DNA from: Candidatus Saccharimonadota bacterium
GTDB taxonomy: Bacteria; Patescibacteriota; Microgenomatia; UBA1406; GWC2-37-13
Direction of reading: 5' to 3'
NCBI GenBank assembly: GCA_016700135.1
Contig: CP065004.1
Coordinates: 120,001 to 152,000, forward strand
DNA: 32,000 nucleotides
The position numbers and the translations under genes were made by a program. This document shows positions 17,108 to 27,200 of the stretch, one piece after another. The stretch's first letter is position 1, and each line of letters opens with the position of its first letter. The notes under the pieces are model-generated. The model searched no databases and had not been told where the DNA came from. It saw only the letters and a program-made list of their open reading frames with translations.

Positions 17108-18003
17108 AGAACATTGTTGATTCAATACATCATTTATTTATCCCCCGTCATACCAACAACTTTAAGTCGAAGATTCTGCATCATGACTTTCTGACAATAT
17201 ACTTGGCATTTGCACTTATTCTTACCGCAGGTATTACCCATATTCAGAACACATCAGGATCAATACTCGGTTACGCCACGGATATATCGCCTCAGAAACT
17301 GCTTGAACTGACGAATCAGGAACGTCAGAATTCCGGTCTGGACCCTTTGCAGTACAATGATAAACTTGCCGACGCGGCAAGAAGAAAAGCAGAAAACATG
17401 TTTGAGAAAAATTACTGGGCACATTATGGTCCCGCCGGGGAAACTCCCTGGGAGTTTATACTCGGATCAGGTTACCAATATGAATTTGCCGGCGAGAATT
17501 TAGCGAAAAACTTTCTGTTCAGTGACGGTGTGGTAAAGGCATGGATGGAATCTCCGACACACCGCGAAAATATCATGCGGAAAGAGTATACGGATGTGGG
17601 TTTTGCAGTGGTGAATGGAGTACTTAACGGTGAAGAAACCACTCTCGTTGTACAGATGTTCGGGAAACCTCTTTACGGAGTCGCAGAGCAGCCTCAAAAG
17701 GAAGAGCAGCAAGCCCAGCCTCAGGCTGCACAGCTTGAGACTGAAGCAGAAGCTCCTGCACCTGTTGCCGCTCCGCAAACTTCCGTACTTTCCGAAGGTA
17801 ATAATCAGACTCCGTTTTATTCCATATTCCTGGATATTAATATGGTCTTCTTTTCAGTACTCATTCTGGCACTTATTCTTGATTTCTATTTTGCATCGAA
17901 GCTCAATCTCATTCACATTAAAGGCAAAAATCTGATACACATTCTCTTTTTAAGTACCGTTACTATCGGGACAATTGTTATTATTAAAGGTTCAATTCTC
18001 TAA
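17104..18003 (+). CDS. CAP/SCP (PR-1-like, YkwD-type) domain protein flanked by TM segments
   Basis: ATGA overlap with the VanZ gene. CAP-domain motifs are NQERQNSGLDPLQYNDKLADAARRKAENM, YWAHYGP, GENLAKNF and WMESPTHRENIM...YTDVGFAV. Confidence 0.8.
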   Translation: MKNIVDSIHHLFIPRHTNNFKSKILHHDFLTIYLAFALILTAGITHIQNTSGSILGYATDISPQKLLELTNQERQNSGLDPLQYNDKLADAARRKAENMFEKNYWAHYGPAGETPWEFILGSGYQYEFAGENLAKNFLFSDGVVKAWMESPTHRENIMRKEYTDVGFAVVNGVLNGEETTLVVQMFGKPLYGVAEQPQKEEQQAQPQAAQLETEAEAPAPVAAPQTSVLSEGNNQTPFYSIFLDINMVFFSVLILALILDFYFASKLNLIHIKGKNLIHILFLSTVTIGTIVIIKGSIL

Positions 18004-18006
18004 TTT

Positions 18007-18285
18007 ATGCACCTGATCAAACAAATTAAGAAAGAATTCAAGAAACACCCGTTTGATTATCTGCTTTTCATGACGGTCTGTGTCTTTTTTATCCTGGCGC
18101 TGAATATTTTCAAAGGCGAACGCCTGCTCGAATTTATCATACTTCTCGCATTTGTTTCCTTTTATATCATTTGGGGAATTTATCATCACATTATCGAAAA
18201 TACACTTCATCTCAAAGTTGTGCTAGAATATGTCCTCATAGGATTTACCGTATTGTTCCTTATTAAAATACTGATCATGCCGTAA
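18007..18285 (+). CDS. Small hypothetical membrane protein (92 aa, about 3 TM)
   Basis: The ATG lies 3 nt after the CAP gene stop and the composition is hydrophobic. No family recognised. Confidence 0.5.
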   Translation: MHLIKQIKKEFKKHPFDYLLFMTVCVFFILALNIFKGERLLEFIILLAFVSFYIIWGIYHHIIENTLHLKVVLEYVLIGFTVLFLIKILIMP

Positions 18286-18322
18286 CGGTTATCGGTATTG
18301 ACACAAGTTACTCTAACTATCT

Positions 18323-19048
<726 letters not shown>

Positions 19049-19058
19049 GCAAATGGTG

Positions 19059-19100
19059 AGCGCAGTAATCAAAATTTGTGAATGAAGTGGATGTCCGATC
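19059..19100 (+). repeat. Direct repeat copy 1 (about 42 nt; perfect 31-nt core 19064-19094)
   Basis: The core AGTAATCAAAATTTGTGAATGAAGTGGATGT is identical to 19173-19203, and the flanks match at AGCG.A....CGA. It contains the palindrome CAAAATTTG (19070-19078). Confidence 0.8.
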
Positions 19101-19167
19101 CACCAGATGGCAGAGGACACGTTCAGAATCGGAACAGGTGGCCGAGTTTGGGGAACCTCATATCTTT

Positions 19168-19209
19168 AGCGAAGTAATCAAAATTTGTGAATGAAGTGGA
19201 TGTTCGAGC
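19168..19209 (+). repeat. Direct repeat copy 2 (about 42 nt; perfect 31-nt core 19173-19203)
   Basis: It is identical to the copy 1 core 109 nt upstream and contains the palindrome CAAAATTTG (19179-19187). Confidence 0.8.
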
Positions 19210-19226
19210 TGTCAAGAATTGGCGAG

Positions 19227-19250
19227 TTCACTTCTGAACAAATTTTGTGG
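19227..19250 (-). repeat. Partial inverted copy of the repeat core; 3' arm of a long hairpin with copy 2
   Basis: TTCACTTCTGAACAAATTTTG pairs with 19179-19200 as 10 bp, an internal loop, then 8 bp. It contains the palindrome ACAAATTTTGT (19238-19248). Confidence 0.65.
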
Positions 19251-19315
19251 TACGAGCATGACAACATCATTTTTCAACCTTTACTTCTTCCTCAAATATA
19301 AGTAGAATAAAAAAT

Positions 19316-19582
19316 ATGGATACCATTCAAATATTACTCCTTATTGTTCTTGTCATTTCCACCATTTTCCTGACAGTCGTCGGCATTCAGCTTACACTTG
19401 TCCTTTTCGAACTCCGAAAAACACTCAGTAATGTCAACAGAATCATCAAAGGGTTTGACAGTATCGGGGTCGGACTCCAGCACGGTATCGGCGAAGCCAC
19501 AGGATTTATCAACGGATTTAAAACCGTATTGAAGGTTATTGATTTATACAAAAGCGCAAAAAATGACAAACCAAAAAAATGA
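19316..19582 (+). CDS. Small membrane-anchored protein, DUF948-like
   Basis: An N-terminal TM (ILLLIVLVISTIFLTVVGIQLTLVLF) is followed by a helical region (ELRKTLSNVNRIIKG...). The architecture resembles DUF948 stress proteins. A candidate promoter, TTCAAC-18-TATAAG, lies at 19273-19302. Confidence 0.5.
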   Translation: MDTIQILLLIVLVISTIFLTVVGIQLTLVLFELRKTLSNVNRIIKGFDSIGVGLQHGIGEATGFINGFKTVLKVIDLYKSAKNDKPKK

Positions 19583-19790
19583 TTCTCAGAATTTCTGGTC
19601 CGGATACGCGCTCGGAATGCTCTCAGGCTCCGTTCTCATGTACGCTTTCGGTACGAAGAGCGGACGGGACACGGTAAAAAAAGTTTTGGAACACACGGAT
19701 ACACTTGAACACAGTATCGAAGATATTCTCCACCTCATCCAATCCAACATGCTCTCCGCATCAGAGGAAGAAAAGAAAACTGAAAAATAA
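19563..19790 (+). CDS. YtxH-like small membrane protein
   Basis: The segment FWSGYALGMLSGSVLMYAFGTKSGRDTVKKV resembles the YtxH GxxxG/SG(K/R) motif. The track start is TTG 19539; I prefer ATG 19563. It overlaps the upstream gene by 20 nt. Confidence 0.5.
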   Translation: MTNQKNDSQNFWSGYALGMLSGSVLMYAFGTKSGRDTVKKVLEHTDTLEHSIEDILHLIQSNMLSASEEEKKTEK

Positions 19791-19802
19791 GTATGAAATG
19801 TG

Positions 19803-20921
19803 TGAATAAGTTACGAAAGATATGGCACTCATAGGGAACTAACATCTATGAGTAAATGGGGAGGAGATCAGCTTCGAGTAATTAGGAGTTATGACTGGCA
19901 GTACAATAGAGATCTTATGAAAAAGATACGATCTCTATCAGACTACAATCAGTCAGATGTAGCACAAATCAGAAACGATGTTCTGACATTTGCAGAGAAG
20001 TACGGGATACAAGCTGCAGTTGATGCATATGGGATATCACGAAGGACATTGTTTCGATGGAGGAAGAGACGGCGAGATTCAGAAGGGCAGTTGGATAGCC
20101 TGATACCAGAGACAACCAAGCCAAAGACACCCCGACGTATGGAGACTCACCCGAAGGTCATATCCTTTATCAAAGAGATTCGAGAACAATACTTTTGTTT
20201 GGGAAAGGAGAAGATCAAGCCCTTACTTGATGAGTATTGCCTACAGGAAGGAATTTCAACTATATCTGAGTCAACCATTGGAAAAGTGATCAAAAGACAC
20301 AACCTGCAGCGCAAGACCTACCGGATCTATCACAATCCAGCAAGTGGCTTTGCAAAACGGAAAGTAAAGTACCGACAGAAGGTCAAGCGGTCTCCCAAGG
20401 TGGAAGATACCGGATACATTGAGATTGATACCATCACGAAGTTTGTACACGGAATCAAGCTGTATGTCTTCAATGCAGTGGACATCAAACTCAAATTCCA
20501 GTTCTCCTACGGATACTCAAAACTCAACAGCCGAAACGGTGCTGATTTTATGAGAAGACTGGAACTAGTATACCCAATACAAGATGGTATAAAAACCATA
20601 CAAACAGATAACGGCCTCGAGTATCTGGGAAACTTCCATGACTATCTGGAAGAAAACAATATCCCACACCTCTTTATCTACCCCAGATGTCCCAAGATCA
20701 ATGCCTTTATTGAGCGAGCAAACAGAACACTCCAGGAAGAATTTATGAACCCCTACATCTATACCAAGTGGACCGGTATCGGATCATTCAATCGTCACCT
20801 TATTGAATACCTCGTCTGGTACAATACAAAGCGAGTTCACAAAAGCCTGAACAATATTTCACCTATGGATTACCTATTATCTATTTTACCTAAAGAGTGC
20901 CATATGTATGGAACTCATACA
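19803..20921 (+). mobile_element. IS481-family-like insertion sequence (1119 bp) with imperfect terminal inverted repeats and a 5-bp target-site duplication ATGTG
   Basis: IRL starts at 19803: TGAATAAGTT-ACGAAAG-ATATGGCACTC. The reverse complement of IRR starts at 20921: TGTATGAGTT-CCATAC-ATATGGCACTC. Identical ATGTG pentamers flank the element at 19798-19802 and 20922-20926. It holds a single DDE transposase ORF. Confidence 0.8.
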
Positions 20922-20930
20922 ATGTGTTGA
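19848..20930 (+). CDS. DDE (rve/integrase-core) transposase, IS481-type single ORF
   Basis: N-terminal HTH (GISRRTLFRWRKRR) and catalytic residues IEIDTITKF, IQTDNGLEY and ERANRTLQEE, with D-35-E spacing between the last two. The ORF runs 9 nt past the IRR end; its last two codons and the TGA stop come from the duplicated target and flank. Confidence 0.85.
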   Translation: MSKWGGDQLRVIRSYDWQYNRDLMKKIRSLSDYNQSDVAQIRNDVLTFAEKYGIQAAVDAYGISRRTLFRWRKRRRDSEGQLDSLIPETTKPKTPRRMETHPKVISFIKEIREQYFCLGKEKIKPLLDEYCLQEGISTISESTIGKVIKRHNLQRKTYRIYHNPASGFAKRKVKYRQKVKRSPKVEDTGYIEIDTITKFVHGIKLYVFNAVDIKLKFQFSYGYSKLNSRNGADFMRRLELVYPIQDGIKTIQTDNGLEYLGNFHDYLEENNIPHLFIYPRCPKINAFIERANRTLQEEFMNPYIYTKWTGIGSFNRHLIEYLVWYNTKRVHKSLNNISPMDYLLSILPKECHMYGTHTMC

Positions 20931-20955
20931 CTTTTAAGTGAGTGTATAGTATATT
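20927..20955 (+). promoter_or_regulatory. Near-consensus sigma-70 promoter TTGACT-17-TATATT upstream of rpoB
   Basis: The -35 is TTGACT (20927-20932), the spacer is 17 nt, and the -10 is TATATT (20950-20955). It begins immediately after the right copy of the IS target duplication, about 66 nt upstream of the rpoB ATG. Confidence 0.45.
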
Positions 20956-20966
20956 TATGCAATTCG

Positions 20967-20990
20967 CCCTATTTATGTTAGGGATTTTTT
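20967..20990 (+). terminator. Short hairpin plus T-run in the rpoB leader (attenuator-like or weak terminator)
   Basis: CCCTA (20967-20971) pairs with TAGGG (20979-20983) around a 7-nt loop, followed by A TTTTTT (20985-20990). The stem is only 5 bp, so it is weak. Confidence 0.3.
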
Positions 20991-21020
20991 TATTTGTTTA
21001 AACTTCTTACCACAGTACCA

Positions 21021-24000
21021 ATGGCAACCAAATCAAACCCTCAAAACGCCTCAAGTCACATTCTGTTAGGCACAGAAGAAAATTTCATGAAAGATTTCGA
21101 TCTTATCGCGGTCCAGAAAGACTCGTGGAGAAGATTTCTCGATATTGAACTTAAAGAAATCATTCAGGAATTTTTCCCGATAGATGACTACACCGGCAAG
21201 AAGCTCACTCTTCACTTTGAAGATCTTCTTTTCGGAGAACCCCGTTACGATCTTGAAACCTGCATAAAGAAAAAACTTACATATGATCAGCCGATATATC
21301 TACGCTTAAGTATCGAAAATAAAAAAACGGGACAAACTAAATCACAGGATGTTTACTTTTTCAATCTGCCTATCATGACCGAAAAAGGGACATTCATCAT
21401 AAACGGTATTGAACGTGCAATCATCAGCCAGATCACACGATCCCCGGGAATGTATTTCACTGCCGAAATTGACAAAACAAGCGGTCTTACCCTTTACAAT
21501 GCGGAAGTCCGACCGTATATCGGTTCATGGATTGATGTAAGTATCAATAAGTACGGTATCATCGAGATCAAAATCAATAAGCGAAGAAAGATGATCGCAT
21601 CAGTCTTTTTGAAACTCTTTGACGGAGAAAGCAATAATGAACTGATGAATCACTTCCGTGATCTTGATCCGGATTTGGTAGAAAAATATATTACTCCTAC
21701 ACTGAAGAAAGATAAAACATCCAACAAAGACGAAGCCGTTCTGGAGTTTTACCGGAAAGTAAAACCGGGAGAGCCTCTCATTCTTGAAAATGCATACAAA
21801 ACACTGAACACTCTGTTCTTTGATCCGAAACGATACTCTATGGGTCGTGTCGGAAGATATAAAATGAACAAGAAACTGAATCTTGATATTGAAAATGTTC
21901 CTGATAATTATCTTCTCCAGAAAGAAGATATGATTGAAGGTTTGAAATACCTTGTCCAACTGACCAAAAATCAGGGAGAATTCGATGATATTGATCATTT
22001 GGGAAACCGCAGACTCCGAACGGTCGGTGAACTCATCGGCATGTACGGAATCCGCGCCGGAATGATCCGTGTCGAAAAAGAGGTCAAAGAGCGAATGAGT
22101 CTGATCACCAGTGACGTCAATCCTACCCCGTCACAGGTTTTGAACAACAAACCGCTTATTGCAACCATAAATATCTTTTACAAAACCAATCAGCTGTCAA
22201 CAATCGTCGATCAGACAAATCCGCTTTCAGAGCTTGATAATCTTCGACGTGTGACGGTAGGCGGACCGGGAGGTATCGAAAAACAGCGTGCTTCCTTCTC
22301 AATCCGAGATATTTCTTCTTCCCAGTACGGAAGAATTGATCCAATCAGATCTCCTGAAGGACCGAACATCGGTGTCGTGACTTACATGGCTATGTATGCA
22401 CGCGTCAATGAATTCGGTTTCCTTGAGGCCCCGTACAAGAAAATAGTGAAAGAAAAGAAAGGAAGTAAAATCAAAGCCCGCATTTCAGATGAAGTCGATT
22501 ATCTGCAGGCAGATGACGAAGAAAAATATTATGTTACAGCCTCCAACATCAACGTTGACGAAAAAGGATATATAACTGATGAACTCGTTGTTGCACGACA
22601 CAAAGGAGAAATCGCTGAAGTAACACCTGACAAGGTTGATTACATTGACGTATCGCCGCGTGCTGCAATCGGACTTTCAGCAGCCATGATTCCTTTCTTG
22701 CAGAATGATGATGCTTCACGAGCCCTCATGGGAAGTCACATGCAATGTCAGGCTGTACCTTTGGTTAAGCCGCAGGCACCGCGTGTCGGAACCGGTATGG
22801 AACAGATCGTTTCAGCCGAACTCGGACGCACCATTCTTGCTCCTGAAGACGGAACCATTGAGTATGTCGACGGAAACAAAGTCGTTTTCAAAGGCTCATC
22901 CGGTAAAAAATACAATTATGAACTTGAAAGATATGTACGGACAAATAAAGACGTCGCTTTCGATCAGAAGCCGCGTGTAGAACCGAATCAGAAAATGAAA
23001 AAAGGCGAACTGATCGTAGACGGACCTGCCAGTGAAAACGGACAGCTTGCTCTCGGTCAAAACCTTGTAATCGCATATACATCACTACACGGTTTGGGTT
23101 ACGAAGACGGTTTCGTCATCTCAGAAAGACTTTTGAAAGAAGACATGTTTACATCCATAACCAGTGAGGAATATGTCGCTGATGTTGTTGATACCAAACT
23201 CGGACCTGAAGAACTCACACGGGATCTTCCCAATGTCCGTGAAGAAATTCTCCAGAATCTTGATAAAGACGGATTTGTCTTGCCCGGAACTGATGTAAAG
23301 GGAGGAGATATTCTTGTCGGAAAAGTTGCTCCAAAAGGTGAGCGCGAACTGACTGCTGAAGAACGTCTTCTTCGTGCAATCTTCGGAGAAAAAGCAAAAG
23401 ATGTCAAAGATACCTCACTCCGCATGCCGTACGGCGATCGCGGAACCGTGATTGACATTGATGTCATCGATGCCAAAAAAGATCCGAATGAACTTGAACC
23501 GAGTATTTTGAAGAGAATTCTTGTCCACACCGCACAGCTTAGAAAAGTAACTGTCGGAGACAAACTTGCGGGAAGACACGGAAACAAGGGTGTTATCGCA
23601 AAAATCCTTCCTGAGTACGACATGCCGTATCTTGAAGACGGAACACCGGTGGATGTCATCATCTCACCGCTTTCCATTCTTGCCCGTATGAATCTGGGAC
23701 AGCTTTTTGAGACTATTCTCGGATGGATCGCTTTGAAAAACAATAACTATATTTCAGTACCCGTTTTCGAACAGATCAAAGAAGACTTTATCTTCGGAGA
23801 ACTGGAAAAACTCGGTCTTCCGGCAGATGCCAAGATGACACTCTATGACGGAGCAACCGGAAAACCGTTTGAGCGACCGGTACTTGTCGGAATCGGATAT
23901 ATTATGAAACTCATTCACATGGTCGAGGATAAATTCCATGCTCGATCTGTCGGACCGTACTCACTCGTGACTCAACAGCCTCTGGGAGGTAAATCCCAGA

Positions 24001-24233
24001 TGGGAGGTCAGCGATTCGGAGAGATGGAGGTCTGGGCACTTGAGGCACATCGTGTACCTCATACACTCCAGGAAATGCTTACCATCAAATCTGATGATGT
24101 ACGGGGAAGACAGAAATCATTTGAGGCTATCATCAAGGGTCTCAATATTCCTCAATCCAATGTACCGGAGTCCTTCAACGTTCTTGTGAAAGAACTGAAT
24201 GCTCTCGGATTATCAATTGACTATATTTCCTAA
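21021..24233 (+). CDS. rpoB: DNA-directed RNA polymerase subunit beta
   Basis: Conserved beta-subunit blocks include GTFIINGIERAIISQITRSPG, RRVTVGGPGGI, NDDASRALMGSHMQCQAVPL, KLAGRHGNKGVIAKI and GGQRFGEMEVWALEAH. The track start is TTG 20994; I prefer ATG 21021 (MATKSNPQ). Confidence 0.95.
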   Translation: MATKSNPQNASSHILLGTEENFMKDFDLIAVQKDSWRRFLDIELKEIIQEFFPIDDYTGKKLTLHFEDLLFGEPRYDLETCIKKKLTYDQPIYLRLSIENKKTGQTKSQDVYFFNLPIMTEKGTFIINGIERAIISQITRSPGMYFTAEIDKTSGLTLYNAEVRPYIGSWIDVSINKYGIIEIKINKRRKMIASVFLKLFDGESNNELMNHFRDLDPDLVEKYITPTLKKDKTSNKDEAVLEFYRKVKPGEPLILENAYKTLNTLFFDPKRYSMGRVGRYKMNKKLNLDIENVPDNYLLQKEDMIEGLKYLVQLTKNQGEFDDIDHLGNRRLRTVGELIGMYGIRAGMIRVEKEVKERMSLITSDVNPTPSQVLNNKPLIATINIFYKTNQLSTIVDQTNPLSELDNLRRVTVGGPGGIEKQRASFSIRDISSSQYGRIDPIRSPEGPNIGVVTYMAMYARVNEFGFLEAPYKKIVKEKKGSKIKARISDEVDYLQADDEEKYYVTASNINVDEKGYITDELVVARHKGEIAEVTPDKVDYIDVSPRAAIGLSAAMIPFLQNDDASRALMGSHMQCQAVPLVKPQAPRVGTGMEQIVSAELGRTILAPEDGTIEYVDGNKVVFKGSSGKKYNYELERYVRTNKDVAFDQKPRVEPNQKMKKGELIVDGPASENGQLALGQNLVIAYTSLHGLGYEDGFVISERLLKEDMFTSITSEEYVADVVDTKLGPEELTRDLPNVREEILQNLDKDGFVLPGTDVKGGDILVGKVAPKGERELTAEERLLRAIFGEKAKDVKDTSLRMPYGDRGTVIDIDVIDAKKDPNELEPSILKRILVHTAQLRKVTVGDKLAGRHGNKGVIAKILPEYDMPYLEDGTPVDVIISPLSILARMNLGQLFETILGWIALKNNNYISVPVFEQIKEDFIFGELEKLGLPADAKMTLYDGATGKPFERPVLVGIGYIMKLIHMVEDKFHARSVGPYSLVTQQPLGGKSQMGGQRFGEMEVWALEAHRVPHTLQEMLTIKSDDVRGRQKSFEAIIKGLNIPQSNVPESFNVLVKELNALGLSIDYIS

Positions 24234-24239
24234 ACGATT

Positions 24240-27200
24240 ATGGATGACATGCAAATGCTGGATTTTTCCGGTTTGAAAATCAGACTCGCCTCACCTGAGG
24301 ATATCTTGGGCTGGTCACACGGTGAAGTCACCAAACCTGAAACAATCAACTACCGAACATTCCGACCCGAAAAAGACGGTCTTTTTGATGAACGAATCTT
24401 TGGACCGACAAAAGATTACGAATGTTACTGCGGAAAATACAAAAGAATAAGATATAAAGGAATCGTCTGTGATCGTTGCGGAGTTGAAGTCACCTCCTCT
24501 GTCGTTCGACGTGAACGCATGGGACATCTCAAACTTGCAACACCTGTCGCACATATCTGGTACTTCAAAGGTGCTTCAAATCCTTTGAGTGTCATTCTCG
24601 ACATCCCGACTCAGACCATGGAGAGAATTGTCTATTATGCTCTGTTCCTCGTCACCGGTGTCAACAAAGAACGACAGGAAGAAGTCGCACAGGCACTTGA
24701 AAAACTGAAGGATGAAGAAGTCAAAAAACAGGAAGAATGGTACGAAGGAGAAAAGAAAAAACTGAAAGAAACCTACGATAAAGAAAAGAAAAGTGTTGAA
24801 AAGAAAATCTCAAATCCTGAACAGCGAGATCTTGCTATGCAGGAAGTTGATATCAAAGAACGGGATGCATTCCGACGTCTTTCTGATCGTTTTATCGACC
24901 GGAAATCAAAATATGTCGCAATGTATGATCGTCTGACCAAAGTTGTCAAAACCCTGAGACCGCTTGATACTCTTGAAGAAGAAGATTATCTTTTCCTTAA
25001 GGATTATGATCTTGCTGACTTTGTAGAAGTCGGCATGGGTGCGGAAGTCATCCAGGATCTCCTCAAAAAACAGGATCTTAAAGAACTCATTTCAGAAACA
25101 ATGAGTAAAATTTCAAAGACACGCGGTGAAAAAAGAAGCAAACTTCTGAAGAAGGTCAGAATACTTGAATCATTCATCAAAAGCGGGACATCACCTGAAT
25201 GGATGATGATCTCTGTTCTGCCCGTCATTCCGCCGGATTTGCGACCTGTGGTCCAGCTTCCGGGAGGAAAATTTGCGACATCTGATTTGAATGATCTTTA
25301 CAGACGCGTCATCAACAGAAATATAAGATTAAAACAACTTATTGAGCTTGGAGCACCGGAAATCATTTTGAGAAATGAAAAACGAATGCTTCAGGAATCC
25401 GTTGACTCACTTCTCGACCTTCAGAAATCACGGGGACGTGCTCAAACAAGAAGATCAGCAAAGAAACTGAAATCTCTTTCTGATGTCTTGCGGGGAAAAC
25501 AGGGACGTTTCCGACAGAACCTTCTCGGAAAACGTGTTGATTACTCAGGCCGTTCCACCATTATCGTCGGTCCGGAACTTCGTATCGATCAATGCGGTAT
25601 TCCGAAGGAAATGGCTCTTGAACTTTTTAAGCCGTATCTTTTACACGAAATCATCATCCGAGGACTGGCACCGAATATCAAAAGTGCTAAGAACTTCCTC
25701 GAAGAAAGACCGCCGGAGATTTATGATATTTTGGAAGAAATTACCAAAAATCATCCTGTTCTTCTGAACCGTGCTCCGACACTCCACAAACTGTCAATTT
25801 TGGGATTCTTCCCGGTTTTGACTGATGACAATGCTATCAAGCTTCATCCGACAGTCTGTTCAGGATACAATGCAGACTTCGACGGAGACGCAATGGGAGT
25901 TTTTGTGCCTCTTTCACAACAGGCAATTGATGAAGTAAAAGCCCGCATGTTGCCTTACCGCAACCTTTTGAAGCCGGCAGACGGATCACCGATCGTCATC
26001 CCGAACAAGGAAATGGCTCTCGGTGTGTATTATCTGACAACGCTTGATAAACATGCTGAGTCTTCTGAAGAAAAAATGAGAATCTTTGCAACTTCTGAAG
26101 AAGCATTGAGCAATTATCACCTTGACAGAATCACTCTTCGCCAGCCGATTCGAGTAAGAATCAACGGTGAAACTATGGTAACTTCAATCGGAAGAATCTT
26201 ATTCAACGAGACACTTCCGCAGGAACTTCAATATGTAAATGAAGATGTCACAGCCGGCGATATTAAAGCTATCGTCGTGAAAGCGATGAAATTCCTATCA
26301 CAGGAAGAAGTCGGTGCTATCATCGATCGCATCAAAGATCTCGGATTCTGGGGTGCAACCGTTTCATGCGGTCTCTCAGTTTCAATCTTTGATTGCAAGA
26401 TCATCGAAGACAAAGACAAAATCATTGCAGAAGCTGAAAAAGAAGTTACGAATATCCAGGACAACTTCAATCAGGGACTGTTGACACTTGATGAAAAGAA
26501 ACGCATCAGCAACAAACTGTGGATTGATATCACGGAAAAGCTTGCCGACAAAACCTGGGATGCTATTGATGAGGAAAATCCCGTCAAGATTATCATCCGT
26601 TCAGGAGGAGCCCGTGCTTCCCGTGAACAGCTGAAACAGCTTTCAGCTATGAAAGGACTTGTCGTCGACCCGATGGGAAAAATTATTGAGGTCCCGACAA
26701 AATCTAACTATCGTGAAGGGTTGAACGTATTTGAATACGTAGTTTCCGCACGAGGAGCCCGGAAAGGATTGACTGACTCAGCGTTGAAGACAGCCGACGC
26801 CGGTTATCTGACCCGAAGACTTCATGACGTCGCTCATGACATGATTATTCGCGAAGAAGACTGCGGCACTGCCACAGGCCTTCTGGTTGAATCAAAAGGA
26901 GAACGCGGTGACAAAATGATGCTCAGAATTGAAGGACGATATACGGCAGAGCCTGTAATGAAAGGGAAAAAGACACTAATCGAAACAGGAACTCTTATAG
27001 GTGAAGCAGAACTCAAACTAGTGAAAGATAATGAAATTGAACGTGTTACTGTCCGAACCCCTCTTTTCTGTAAATCAAAAACAGGGATTTGTCAGAAGTG
27101 TTACGGACTCGATCTTTCAACTCAGGATGTAGTAGAGATCGGAGTACCGGCAGGAGTACTTGCGGCACAGTCCATCGGGGAGCCTGGTACACAGCTTACG

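Noticed and set aside
19064-19203. Possible mini-CRISPR array formed by the two identical 31-nt repeats
   Set aside because: There are only two copies, and they are separated by 78 nt, far longer than a spacer. The similarity extends into the flanks, a third copy is inverted, and no cas genes or leader are present in the window.
19049-19315. Possible remnant of the missing RmlA C-terminus, since one frame reads ...SGCPIHQMAEDTFRIG... and ...GEFTSEQIL...
   Set aside because: The resemblance to the RmlA C-terminal segment (VSCPEEIAFRKNFI..AQQ) is a few scattered residues. It is interrupted by several stops and falls inside the duplicated repeat. It is most likely chance.
23099-23743. 214-aa antisense ORF inside rpoB, and similar 60-160-aa ORFs antisense to or out of frame with rpoC, fusA, dnaG, ftsE, the 863-aa gene and the phosphoesterase (for example 31152-31622, 10757-11182, 12715-13188)
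   Set aside because: These are shadow ORFs lying entirely inside strongly supported conserved genes. Their translations are low-complexity (Ser/Arg/Pro-rich or hydrophobic noise) and have no recognisable motifs.
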